Source of the DNA: Vulcanimicrobiota bacterium
Lineage (GTDB): Bacteria; Vulcanimicrobiota; Vulcanimicrobiia; Vulcanimicrobiales; Vulcanimicrobiaceae
Length of the DNA: 64,000 nucleotides
Assembly (NCBI GenBank): GCA_963786515.1
Contig: CAWAZM010000017.1
Coordinates: 17,832 to 81,831 of the forward strand
Direction: 5' to 3'
Below, piece after piece: positions 1 to 9,690 of this stretch. Position 1 is the stretch's first letter; each line of letters starts with the position of its first letter. The notes below the pieces were generated by a model that was given only the letters and a program-made list of their open reading frames with translations, ran no database searches and was not told the origin of the DNA. A program made the position numbers and the translations under genes.

Positions 1-1352
1 ACGCCGGTATAACGCGGCGGCAGCCAAGTCCATTGCGTCATTTGGGACCTGTACCAAACCGTCGCTGATCGCGGCCTCATCCGTCGCGTACGGTAGCGCG
101 GCGGCCGCTCTGCGCAGATAGGCCTCCGCCTGCCGGCGATTGCGGAAGAAGATCGACTCGACCACACCCTCGACCCCGTGATTGATTCTGTCCAACAAGA
201 ACCCGATGCCGATCGTCACCAGTAACTCTACGCCGATCGTAAAGCGCCCGATCGCGACAACGCGTGAGAAGAACCAATCGAGAACCGAAACGAAGGCGAT
301 CACGCCGACCGACAGCACGCCGTACACGAGCGCACGATTCAGGACGAAGGTCACGTCGAGCACTCGCAAACGGAAGACGGCGTATGCGATGCACAGCGGC
401 ATCAGGATGACCGCGAAGCCGACGATCTGCCCCACCGCGAACGGCACGCCGGGAACGTAATAGATCGCATATGCGATGAACGAGGCGATCGTGCCGATCG
501 CCAAAAAGCCCCAGCGTTGGCGGTCGCTCGGAGTCGCCATCACGACGTTCTTTGCGAGAATCAAGCCCGCGAATGCGAACGCGCTGAGGGGAATCAGCGA
601 ACCAACGACGGTATCCCAGGCGGGCAACGATTGGGTGGAGATATACACGCGCCATTCGTAGGCGTAGAGCACGAAGGTGGCGCCCAAGAACATCCACACG
701 AACGGATCGATGTGCCTGCGCCAGCCTTGCACGTCGCCGTTCGGAAAACGCAACACGAACGGCAGTAGCGGCAAGACGCTCCAAGGCCCGAACACCGTAT
801 TGAGCACGAAGCCGAGCGCAAGGAACTGCTGCGGCGATAAAATGTGCGACCAATAGTCGAATGCGGGACTCGTTCCGAAATAACCGACGGCAAAAATGTA
901 AAACGACCACGCCATGATCGATGGGCGAAGGAAGACGAGCAAAAACGCAACGATCAGAAATACCGTTGGTGGAATGTAGGCGAGAATGCCCGCAACGCGC
1001 TGCCAAATGGTAAACTGCGCGACGGGAACGGCTGTAAGGGTGACGCTATACGCATGGCCCCGACGCAAGAATGTAAAGTGCTCGGTCTCGCCGGCGTACG
1101 GTGCTCGAAGCGAGACGAGGTGGTGAGGTAGCCATTCTCTACTAAGAGGTCGCCGACGCGCACCCCGGCTCGATCGGCCGGCGATCCGCGTTCGATCTTC
1201 GATACGACGTTGCTGCGATTGTAGTTAATCGCGCCGAACCCGCCTTCGCCCCAGTTCTCGACGAAGTCCACGTGACCGACCGGCAAGTAGTAAATCGCGG
1301 CGACGACCAGCGTAACCACGATGAGGAGCGCTCTCGAGAGCGTCTTGCGCAT
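1..1352 (-). pseudogene. PDZ-domain polytopic membrane (sensor-like) protein. The C-terminus runs off the window and there is one frame break.
   Basis: ATG at 1352 preceded by a GAGGG SD. N-terminal TM helix plus PDZ motif GSPADRAGVRVGDLLV lie in the frame of ORF 954-1400. The end of the PDZ domain (APYAGETEHFTFLRRGHAYSVTLTAVP) and many hydrophobic helices continue in another frame from about 1100-1135, and that frame stays open to position 1. Confidence 0.6.
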
Positions 1353-1469
1353 TACACCCTCTGCGGCACCTTCGTCAGGATTCCCCGCCTCCGCGGCCAC
1401 CGGACATTAAATCGCAAAACGCGCGACGGCCATTTCGCAACCATGAGCGTTATGTTATAACGGTCGTCC

Positions 1470-2486
1470 ATGTTGCGCGCACCGTCCTCAACCGCTATCA
1501 CCGACGAGCCCGCGATCCGGTTACTGGACGCGATCCTCGCGCACGCAATCGATGCCGGTGCCTCCGATTTGCATGTCTTTCCCGGAGCTCGGGCGGGATG
1601 CGCCCGCGTACGCGTCGATGGCGTTTTGCAGTTTGTAACCGAAATTGAGGCGGAACTCTTGCCGCGTATCGTGTCGCGCATCAAGTTGCTGGCCGGCATG
1701 GATATTGCAGACCGAAGGCTTCCTCAGGACGGCCGTTATGACGTCGAGCGTATCGGGCAACGGATCGATCTCCGCGTGTCATCACTTCCGACGATCGATG
1801 GTGAAAGGCTAACGATCCGTCTACTCGACCGCGACGGTGCTGGGCGTTGCCTTGAGGACCTCGGCATGCCGGAAGATCTGCAACGTGACTTTCGGAGTGT
1901 CTTGACTGCGAGTGCCGGGTTTGTCGTAATCTGCGGTCCAACCGGCAGCGGCAAGACAACGACCCTGTACGCGGCGTTACGCGAACGCGACGCAGAGTCG
2001 GAACACATCTGCAGTGTCGAAGACCCAGTTGAGCTGCGGCTCGACGGTATCGCGCAAGTGCAAGTGAACGTTCGCTCGGGGCTCACCTTCGCGACGGTTC
2101 TGCGAGCGTTTCTTCGTCAAGATCCGGACGTCGTCGTCATCGGAGAAATGCGCGACGGCGAAACTGCAGCCGTTGCCACGACGGCCGCGTTATGTGGTCG
2201 ATTGGTTCTCGCAACGCTTCACGCGACGAACGCGCTAACCGCGTTCGAGCGCCTTCAGGAGCTTGGGATCGGCGCTCGAACGTTGGCTGCGTCGGTATCG
2301 GCCGTATTAGGACAACGTCTGCGGCCAAAATCGAACGGCCAAGGACGTGAAGGAGTCTTCGAACTCGTCCTCGTCTCCGAAGAACTCCGTCATGCCCTAC
2401 ACGTCCAGGCGCCTCCCGAGACGTTGCGGGCGGTCGCCGTACGCGACGGATATCTTCCGATCGGTTCGGTCGAGGGTGTTGCATGA
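1470..2486 (+). CDS. Type II/IV secretion ATPase, short PilB/GspE/ComGA-like form
   Basis: ASDLHV N-terminal motif, Walker A GPTGSGKTTT, Asp box VEDPVE, Walker B DPDVVVIGEMRD. Stop overlaps the next start (ATGA). Confidence 0.8.
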   Translation: MLRAPSSTAITDEPAIRLLDAILAHAIDAGASDLHVFPGARAGCARVRVDGVLQFVTEIEAELLPRIVSRIKLLAGMDIADRRLPQDGRYDVERIGQRIDLRVSSLPTIDGERLTIRLLDRDGAGRCLEDLGMPEDLQRDFRSVLTASAGFVVICGPTGSGKTTTLYAALRERDAESEHICSVEDPVELRLDGIAQVQVNVRSGLTFATVLRAFLRQDPDVVVIGEMRDGETAAVATTAALCGRLVLATLHATNALTAFERLQELGIGARTLAASVSAVLGQRLRPKSNGQGREGVFELVLVSEELRHALHVQAPPETLRAVAVRDGYLPIGSVEGVA

Positions 2487-3543
2487 AGGCTCGAATCGAT
2501 CCCGGTATACGCTTTGCAGATATCGTACATGCGGCGCGAATCGGCAACGCCTCCGACCTGCATCTCGCCGCCGGCCGGCAAGCCGTCGCTCGGGTCAACG
2601 GCATGCTTACGCCGCTGTCCGAGACTCGATTCGATGCGGACGAACTGTGGAGCGTGGTAGTCGGGCTCATGAGCGATGCAAACCGAGCCGAGTTCGAACG
2701 GATCGGCGACGTGAGTATGTCGTTCGATTTCGCAGACGGTGGACGAGCGCGAATGCACGTTTTACGAACGGGTGGAGAACCTGTGCTAGCCGTTCGGCTG
2801 CTAGATCGTGAGCCGCCGGCGCTTGAACAACTGAATTTGCCGTCAGTCGTCGGTTCGCTGGGACGGCGCGAGCGCGGCTTGGTGGTACTGGCTGGGCCAA
2901 CGGGCTGCGGCAAGTCCACAACGTTGGCTGCAATCGTTGGCGATATGAATCGGGACTATCCCCGACGAATTGTGACGCTTGAAGATCCGATCAATACCGC
3001 CATCACAACCGTAGCTCGTTTATTTCGCAGCGTGAGATCGGACTTGACGCGCCGACCATACAGCAAGCACTCGTCGGTGCGCTCCGCGCGGATCCCGATG
3101 TGTTGGTGGTCGGAGAAGTGCGCGATGCGGTCGCGATGCATACCGTGTTGATGGCCGCCGAGACGGGGCACCTCGTGTTTGTCACGCTACACACGGGAAC
3201 CGCTTCGGAGACGGTCGAGCGAATCGTCGATATGTTTGACGGGGCTCAACAACTGCAAGCGCGCGCAGCATTAGCCGAAACACTGGTTGCCGTCGTGTGT
3301 CAACGTCTAGTAAGGGGCGCAGTTGCGGGCCGCCGTGCGGTGGCCGAGATCCTCATCGCGACCCCAGCGCTGAAGAACATGATCCGTCAATCGAAGACGC
3401 ACCTCATCCCGAACGCTATCGTCACGGGTCGCCGGCACGGCATGCAAACCTTCGCGCAACATGCCGCCCAGCTCGCTGCCGATGGAGAGATATCGCTCGA
3501 AGCGGCGCGCCGCTTCGAAGACGCACCCTCGACGGCTGCTTGA
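2483..3543 (+). pseudogene. pilT: PilT-type retraction ATPase, frame broken once near 2990
   Basis: N-terminal part is ORF 2483-3151 (GPTGCGKSTT, TLEDPI). The rest, QYRHHNRSSFISQREIGLD...DPDVLVVGEVRD...TGHLVFVTLHT, reads in the -1 frame. A single missing base in ccgatc-aatac would restore EDPIEY. Confidence 0.8.
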
Positions 3544-3546
3544 CCG

Positions 3547-4761
3547 ATGCTCTTGTACTATCGAGGTTTTACCAGCAATGGCTCTCGCACGTGCGGTTCG
3601 ATCATCGCTTCCGAGCGCGGTCTCGCATTGCGGAGGCTTCGAACCGGCGGCATATGCGTCACAGCACTCGATGGGGCGTGAACGATTCCCGGCATCGTCG
3701 CTCGCATTCGATGCGCGTTTCATCGCGACTCAGGGGCGCGCCTCGCCGCATTTCGATCCCTAGCCGCCCTTATCGAGGCCGGCGTACCACTCCGGCGCAG
3801 CCTCGAAACGGTCACGGCAGTTCGTTCGCGGCACGGCATCATCGATGCGTTGCGGACAGTATCCGCACAGGTAGAATCGGGTACCGCATTATCCCAGGCG
3901 CTGCTGGACCACCCACACGAATTTTCGCCTGTGACCATCGCGATCGTTCGTGCGGGCGAGGCGGGGGGATCGCTCGACGAGTCGCTGCGCACACTTGCTC
4001 GATGGGAGGAGCGCGATCGGGCACTACGGCGTAAGATCGTAGCTACCCTGACGTACCCCGCTGTCGTAAGCGTGGCTGCGGTCGCACTGCTTCTTTTCTT
4101 AATCGGAAATACGATACCGGCATTCGCGGCGACATTCGCTCAGTTGCACGCGCATCTGCCCTTGATAACGCGCCTGCTGCTACGGCTGGGAGGTCTGATA
4201 GATTCATCCGAGTTCGTGCCTTCGGTCGCGGCTCTCGCCGCCGCGATCATCGCCGCCGGCCTCTGGGTCCGACACCGTTATCCGCCACTGGCAGATGCGT
4301 TCGACCGTTTTCGGTTTATGCTTCCGTTGGTGGGACCCGTCTTGTCGAAAGCGTCGGCGGCCCGGCTGGCACGCACGCTCGGGTCGCTCCTAAAGGCTGG
4401 AGTTGATGTCGTAACGTCGATCGACATCTGTACCGGCGTCGTTGGACCCGCTCACCGCAGGTGTCTGAAAAGCGTCACGGCTTCGCTCCGACGCGGTGAG
4501 GGTCTGGTCGCTCCGTTCGAGCAAAGCGGCCTGTTCGAGCCAACGTTCGCGCAACTGCTTCGGTCCGGCGAGGAGAGCGGCGCGATCGACGCAATGTTCG
4601 TGCGAATAGCACGGTTTTACGAAAGCGACGTAGAAACGTCGCTCCTCGCTCTGACCAGCATCTTAGAACCGATTCTTATCTGCACCCTCGGACTCGCCGT
4701 AGGGACGATCGTTGCATCCATCATCATCCCACTCTATTCAATGATCGGAAATATTCAATGA
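3547..4761 (+). pseudogene. pilC: PilC/GspF platform protein with an in-frame TGA at 3679-3681
   Basis: ATG at 3547 gives the typical GspF N-terminus MLLYYRGFTSNGSRTCGSIIASERGLALRRLRTGGICVTALDGA. A TGA follows, and the same frame continues TIPGIV...FRSLAALIEAGVPL... into ORF 3850-4761. Total length is 404 codons, normal for PilC. Confidence 0.8.
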
Positions 4762-5508
4762 TTCAAACGCTGTCGAACTGCGGAGCTATGGTGCCGCTAT
4801 CGCCGCCCCGAATATCGCGAGCGGCTCGTATCCGAATACGCATACTTATGTGCTCGAGCTGCTCGCCGCTTCGTACGTCCAAATCTCGATCGTGCCGACC
4901 TCGAACAAGTCGCTACCATCGGCCTTATTAAAGCGGTCAACCGGTTCGACCCCTCGCAGCAGACACCGTTCGAAGCATATGCATGGGTCCTAATTTTAGG
5001 GGAGCTCATGCATTTCGTTCGTGATGGGGAGCGAATGCTTCGCGCGCCCAGGCGCCTCCGCGACCTGGAGAGGCGCTGGTTGGCAGCCGAACGTGATTTG
5101 TGGAACCTTCTCGGTCGTGAGCCGCTAGAGGATGATATCGCGCTCCACATCGGAGCCTCTGTGCAGGAGCGCCGCGACGTTCGTGATTTTAGAGCGAGCG
5201 GTACGGTCGTTTCATTCGATCTGCTTCCGCAGCAATTACAGCGGGAATCTAGCGCCCCGTTCGATGCAGTTATCGACAAACTGACGCTGGAGCGACTGCT
5301 GCAAAGCGTGACTCCGCTCGAGGCGTCGATCGTGCGGTCGATTCATCTCGAAGGCGCGACGATGGTCGATTTAGCGCGACGATTAGGGTATTCTCGGCGG
5401 CATCTTACCCGTCTACATCGAGCCGCCATCGAGCGGCTTCGCCGCGCCGGTCAATCGCCCCAGGAACGCCCCGGTCGCGGCGCTAAGACGCCGGGACTTT
5501 GGACGTAA
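4758..5508 (+). pseudogene. Group-3 (SigF/FliA-like) sigma-70 family factor. The N-terminal region has no in-frame start codon, implying a frame break near 4760-4790.
   Basis: Regions 2-4 are readable in one frame from 4762: ELWCRYRRPEYRERLVSEY...DLEQVATIGLIKAVNRFDP...FEAYAWVLILGELMHFVRD, then the region 4 HTH. No ATG/GTG/TTG occurs in that frame before 5008. An ATG at 4758 (ATGA overlap with the pilC stop) lies in the adjacent frame. Confidence 0.65.
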
Positions 5509-5936
5509 CACTTTTTCTCGCGGACTCCGCGCAAGTCTCTGAGGGTAAACTGCACGCGCTCGGTATCGGCTGGAGCCACACGTCGAGCCCCATGACCGGT
5601 CCGAGCGCGCTCGGAATCATCTTCCACGTGCCGTGGGACGAGACGAATCGACGGACGCGTTGGACGCTCGACTTGCTCGACGCCGATGGCAAAGCGATTC
5701 AAATTCCCGACGGTCGCGGCGGTACGCAAGGAATTCATGTTGAGAACGACCTGGAAGTCGGGAGGCCGCCCGGAATAAAACCGGGTTCGGCAATCAACGT
5801 GCCGTTCGCGATCGTATTTCCGCCCTTGGCCTTGCCGCCCGACTCCCGGTTCGAGTGGGTGCTACGCGTCGAGTCAAAGGATTGGCGCGCCGCGTTTGCG
5901 ACCAGACCGAATACGGATCCGGCTTCTAGACGCTAA
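5499..5936 (+). CDS. Hypothetical protein inside the pilus operon
   Basis: 145-aa ORF with protein-like composition and a TTG start overlapping the sigma stop. I recognise no motif. Confidence 0.5.
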   Translation: MDVTLFLADSAQVSEGKLHALGIGWSHTSSPMTGPSALGIIFHVPWDETNRRTRWTLDLLDADGKAIQIPDGRGGTQGIHVENDLEVGRPPGIKPGSAINVPFAIVFPPLALPPDSRFEWVLRVESKDWRAAFATRPNTDPASRR

Positions 5937-5990
5937 AATAGCCCGCGCGTGACGCGCGCGCTGCAGTCTCGGGCACTATACCGGGCGATC

Positions 5991-6473
5991 ATGGATGAAG
6001 CTCGGCGAGCGATGGACGCTCCAAACATACGGTTCCAGCGTGGATTCACGCTGATCGAGATGATGATCGTCGTGGCGATCATCGCGATTCTCGTCGGCAT
6101 ACTCGTACCGAACTTCGTTCGAGCACGTGCACAAGCGCAGACTTCGGCGTGCGAGTCAAACTTGAAAGAGATCGCGACCGCGATCGAGTTGTTTCAAACG
6201 GATAACGATCGTTATCCGGACGGAGGCTCCGTTGACCCGTCCAACGATGAGTTGACGCCATACCTAAAACAGACGCCCGTGGACCCGGCGGCCGGACCGG
6301 GCTCGTTCTACACGTTCACCGTAGACAAGCCCGACACGGGCAACGCCTCCTATGCAATCGTTTGCCCCGGCACGCACGATCCGGGAACGTTGCAAAACAT
6401 TTCTCCCCAGACGAAATTCACGCATATACAGTATTCGTCCGACGCCGGTTTTGCCGCGACGAAGTCGCAATGA
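5991..6473 (+). CDS. Prepilin-type N-terminal cleavage/methylation domain protein (pilin/pseudopilin)
   Basis: RFQRG|FTLIEMMIVVAIIAILVGILVPNF class III signal. Two Cys residues in the globular part. Start is uncertain (5949 GTG, 5991 ATG or 6012 ATG). Confidence 0.85.
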   Translation: MDEARRAMDAPNIRFQRGFTLIEMMIVVAIIAILVGILVPNFVRARAQAQTSACESNLKEIATAIELFQTDNDRYPDGGSVDPSNDELTPYLKQTPVDPAAGPGSFYTFTVDKPDTGNASYAIVCPGTHDPGTLQNISPQTKFTHIQYSSDAGFAATKSQ

Positions 6474-7087
6474 AGGTAGCGCTGTTCGTTGCCTTGCAAG
6501 CTGGTGCGCTTGCCGGTTTGGGTCCGTGTGGCCTATCGCGCGCGCTTTTACTGCGAGCGCTTCTAAACCGGCTGCCCGACCGGGAGCGCCTCGCTCACGC
6601 TTTGGCGTTTGCCGGCGGTTTGATCGCAGGATATCTGGCTTGTGGAGTGATGCTCGTCGCCGCTGCAAGCGTTATCGCAACATCTCCAGTCGCATTCGCC
6701 GTAGCGGCAGTCGTCTGCGTCGCCGGAGGAGCGAACGCGGCATGGCAGGCCGGAAAACCGCACCTTCGCGGGTGTTCGCCTCGGACGCCTGGAGCCTCCA
6801 CCGGCGCTACATTCGCAGCGGGCGCGGGGAGCACGCTCGTTGCATCGCCGTGTTGCGGACCGCTGTCGGTGGCGCTTGCGGGCGGCGCCTTATCCGCGTT
6901 GTCTCCCCGCGACGCGCACGCACTGATCGCTGCTTACGCAATCGGGCATGCCGGTCCGATTCTTGGCGCGATCGTCGCGGGCGATCGCATTGCCGGGCTA
7001 CTGCGACTCGTTCCACAGAGGGTGAGTGAGGCCATCACGGGTGGCGTGCTGTTCGGGCTCGGCGGCTACTACGCGATCTCGGCATGA
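6470..7087 (+). CDS. CcdA/DsbD-like thiol:disulfide transfer membrane protein
   Basis: ATGA overlap with the pilin stop. Polytopic, with membrane-embedded Cys motifs GLGPCGLS and ASPCCGPL resembling the DsbD-family xPC motifs. Confidence 0.5.
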   Translation: MKVALFVALQAGALAGLGPCGLSRALLLRALLNRLPDRERLAHALAFAGGLIAGYLACGVMLVAAASVIATSPVAFAVAAVVCVAGGANAAWQAGKPHLRGCSPRTPGASTGATFAAGAGSTLVASPCCGPLSVALAGGALSALSPRDAHALIAAYAIGHAGPILGAIVAGDRIAGLLRLVPQRVSEAITGGVLFGLGGYYAISA

Positions 7088-7620
7088 ACGGCGAGCGTGT
7101 TCGGTCGGTGCTCATCTGTATCGTTGCCGCGGCAGTCGCGCTCGTTCTCGCTCGTCGCCCGATCGCCGACAGTCTCGTTGTTCGAGGCGATTCGGCCGCT
7201 CTGCGCGCGCAGCCGGCCACCGCTCTCGCGTATTATCGTCGTGCCATTAGCGTTGACTCTGCGGACGGTGTCGCCGTGGACCGATTTTCTTTCGGAGCGC
7301 TGCTACAGCGATACCAGCCAACGATGCAACTGGCTATTCGATTGTGTACTGCTTTCTTGCAGCAACATCCAAACGATCGCACGATACGCTTCGACCGTGC
7401 GTTGCTATTCCGGGCGACTGGTAATCTCGACCGCGCAGAGTTCGACTTTGCGATGGACGGCAACCTGGCTCGCGATGCCCGCGCTCTTACCTTCGCTGGA
7501 CTCATCGCTCGCGCCGCCGGAAGAGAACACGACGCGCGATTATATTGGAGGAGGGCGTTGTCGTTTCTTCCAGATTTCTTACCTGCGCGCCGGGCACTCT
7601 CTCGTCTAGGATCGAGATGA
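7084..7620 (+). CDS. Membrane-anchored TPR-like protein (possible PilF/PilW-type assembly factor)
   Basis: N-terminal TM helix, then helical repeats with the ALAYYRRAI / ARLYWRRAL pattern. ATGA coupling on both sides. Confidence 0.45.
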   Translation: MNGERVRSVLICIVAAAVALVLARRPIADSLVVRGDSAALRAQPATALAYYRRAISVDSADGVAVDRFSFGALLQRYQPTMQLAIRLCTAFLQQHPNDRTIRFDRALLFRATGNLDRAEFDFAMDGNLARDARALTFAGLIARAAGREHDARLYWRRALSFLPDFLPARRALSRLGSR

Positions 7621-8216
7621 ATCCCGCATCAGCCGGCGCAGTAACGTTAGGGGCCACCGCGCTACTTGCCTATGCTGCGCACGTCTCCGCTCGAAGGTAT
7701 GGCGTCATCAACATATTGACGATGCCGGTAGGATTGGGAATCTCCTTAGCTTCAGGCGGGCTCGCCGCGGCCCTCGCGGGTGCGTTCCCGTTCGGAGTTT
7801 CCGCTTCGCTCTTGCTGTCGCTCGCATTCGTCAATGGGACGACCGATCTCCAATCCGGCTTTTGCTTCGACACGGTTCAGGTGTGTGCGGCTTCCGCTCT
7901 GGCGCTCAGCCGGTATGCGAGTCTTAGCGATGCTACGCTCGGGCTACTCGTTGGCATCGCGTTGCTCGGCGTTCCGTACGCGCTAACGATGGGGAACGGC
8001 ATCGGTCTGGGCGACGTTAAGTTTGCCGCCGCAATCGGTCTCGGTTTGGGCACTTCCGGGGAGATACAGGCGTTGTATGCTGCATTCGTTGCCGGAGGAA
8101 CCGCCGCCGTTTGTATCTTGCTATCGGGCAGAGCGCACCGCAAGACCCCCATCGCATTCGCGCCGTTTCTCGGCTTCGGCACGGTGTGCGCGCTCGTCGC
8201 GACTCGATCGTCATGA
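7617..8216 (+). CDS. pilD: Prepilin peptidase (A24 family), short form without methyltransferase domain
   Basis: Polytopic. GLGDVKFAAAIGLGLG and IAFAPFLGFG motifs carry the conserved aspartates. Confidence 0.75.
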   Translation: MNPASAGAVTLGATALLAYAAHVSARRYGVINILTMPVGLGISLASGGLAAALAGAFPFGVSASLLLSLAFVNGTTDLQSGFCFDTVQVCAASALALSRYASLSDATLGLLVGIALLGVPYALTMGNGIGLGDVKFAAAIGLGLGTSGEIQALYAAFVAGGTAAVCILLSGRAHRKTPIAFAPFLGFGTVCALVATRSS

Positions 8217-9154
8217 CGCAGTGCCTGCCGCTCGGTATCGACATTGGCACAAGCCGCCTGCGAATCGTTGCCATGCGGCGAGATCGCGCCGGAGCGGTAC
8301 GCGTCGAATCTGTGGCGGCCCGCGACGTTCAGACTGCTGAAGGCTCGAATGAATATGCTGCTATCAGCACCGCCATAGCCGAGTCGATCGCTGAAATCGG
8401 GTGGCGCCGGCGCGCGTGCGTTCTTGCATTGCCGTGGCGCGACGCCGTGATGCGATGTGTAGAGTTCCCGCCGATGCGCGCGCCGGAGCGACTCCGAGCG
8501 GCTCGACTGGAGAGCGCCACATTTGCACCCTGGGGTGACCCCGGCACTCCAACGCAGGTACGAGTTCGCTCGATCGATGGCACGAACGCCCACCTCGTCG
8601 TCGTCGCGCCGGTAGCGACGATTCGTGACCGAATGCGTGCTGTAAGCGGCAATCGATTGGCCGTGCTGGCAATGGATTACGAACCATTTGCGTTTCGGCG
8701 TGCATTTCCTAACGCCGACGCCATCCTCGATGTTGGCCTTCGACAATCCCGGCTGTATGGACGATTGGCGCAGCCTATTCGGACCTTGTCGATCGATAGT
8801 GGAGGCGAGGGGTTTACAGCCGGGATCGCCGCCGCACTTTCGATCGACGTCGCGCAAGCCGAAAGTCGAAAGCGATCGGTCGGTGCTGCAGGCGCTTGTG
8901 ACGCCCAACTCGACGCGTTCGTTCGACGAGTTTGCGACGCGATCGACGCGTTGCGCGAGCGAGCCACAGTCCGCACCCTTGGAATAACGGGAAACGGCTC
9001 GCGCGTTCCGGGTCTGCTCGAACGTGTCGTCGCCTCGGCGAGCGTCGTAATCGATACTCCCGCGTACACATCCGAAGACGGCTACCCGCCCGACCCGTCG
9101 TTTGCTTTCGACTATGCCTTGGCCGCGTCGCTAGCCGCATGGGCGCTCGATTGA
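8213..9154 (+). CDS. pilM: PilM-like actin-fold pilus assembly protein
   Basis: LGIDIGTSRLRIVAM phosphate-1 motif, about 313 aa, position upstream of N/O/P/Q-like genes. Confidence 0.65.
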   Translation: MTQCLPLGIDIGTSRLRIVAMRRDRAGAVRVESVAARDVQTAEGSNEYAAISTAIAESIAEIGWRRRACVLALPWRDAVMRCVEFPPMRAPERLRAARLESATFAPWGDPGTPTQVRVRSIDGTNAHLVVVAPVATIRDRMRAVSGNRLAVLAMDYEPFAFRRAFPNADAILDVGLRQSRLYGRLAQPIRTLSIDSGGEGFTAGIAAALSIDVAQAESRKRSVGAAGACDAQLDAFVRRVCDAIDALRERATVRTLGITGNGSRVPGLLERVVASASVVIDTPAYTSEDGYPPDPSFAFDYALAASLAAWALD

Positions 9155-9690
9155 GGCGCTTTAATTTTCTGGACGAGCAACAATGGGAGATACGTCGCCT
9201 TTTTAATGCATTCTCGACCCGTTGGCAAGGTGTTGGTTTGGCGGCTCTTCTCAGTTTTTCGCTTTTGGCAAGTAGCTATGCCCTGGCAGCCTATCGAGTG
9301 CGCGAGGCTGGCGAGCTGGACGCCAGAGCACAGGTCAGGCTGCGCGCTGCGGAGACTGCGCTTTCCAAATCAAAGATCGAGCGAGACGATCTACGCACGG
9401 CGCTCCGGCTCGCCAAGCGCCTCCGCGCGGTTCGCCTGTCCGGTTCCCTCGCGATGCTACGGCTTACAAGTATCGCAGAGCGATTGCCCTCCGGCGCCTG
9501 GTTGGATTCATTCTCGGAATCTGCAGATGGTCTTGAGCTGTCAGGGCAAACAAACCGGCTCGCCGAGCTAGCACATGTGTCCGATATCGTGACCGAGGTC
9601 AGCCCATCTACGCTGATTCGATCGATCGCTCGGCATCGTGAAGGTGACAGTCTCACCTTTCAGATGCAACCGCAAGACGCACGCAGATGA
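9139..9690 (+). CDS. PilN-like bitopic protein
   Basis: N-terminal FNFLDEQ (INLL-like) motif, one TM helix, coiled coil. Gene order supports the call. Confidence 0.5.
   Translation: MGARLRRFNFLDEQQWEIRRLFNAFSTRWQGVGLAALLSFSLLASSYALAAYRVREAGELDARAQVRLRAAETALSKSKIERDDLRTALRLAKRLRAVRLSGSLAMLRLTSIAERLPSGAWLDSFSESADGLELSGQTNRLAELAHVSDIVTEVSPSTLIRSIARHREGDSLTFQMQPQDARR

Noticed and set aside
77-1006. 309-aa minus-strand ORF at the window start
   Set aside because: It is extremely Arg-rich. Another frame on the same strand gives a coherent polytopic membrane protein continuous with the PDZ N-terminus.
3679-3681. Genome-wide TGA reassignment (to Trp or Gly) as the explanation for the pilC in-frame TGA
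   Set aside because: TGA terminates many well-defined genes here, including ATGA-coupled junctions at 2483, 6470, 7084, 7617 and 8213. GC-rich genomes are not known for such recoding.
7877-8908. 343-aa minus-strand ORF across pilD and pilM
   Set aside because: It is antisense to two well-supported operon genes and shows no motif.
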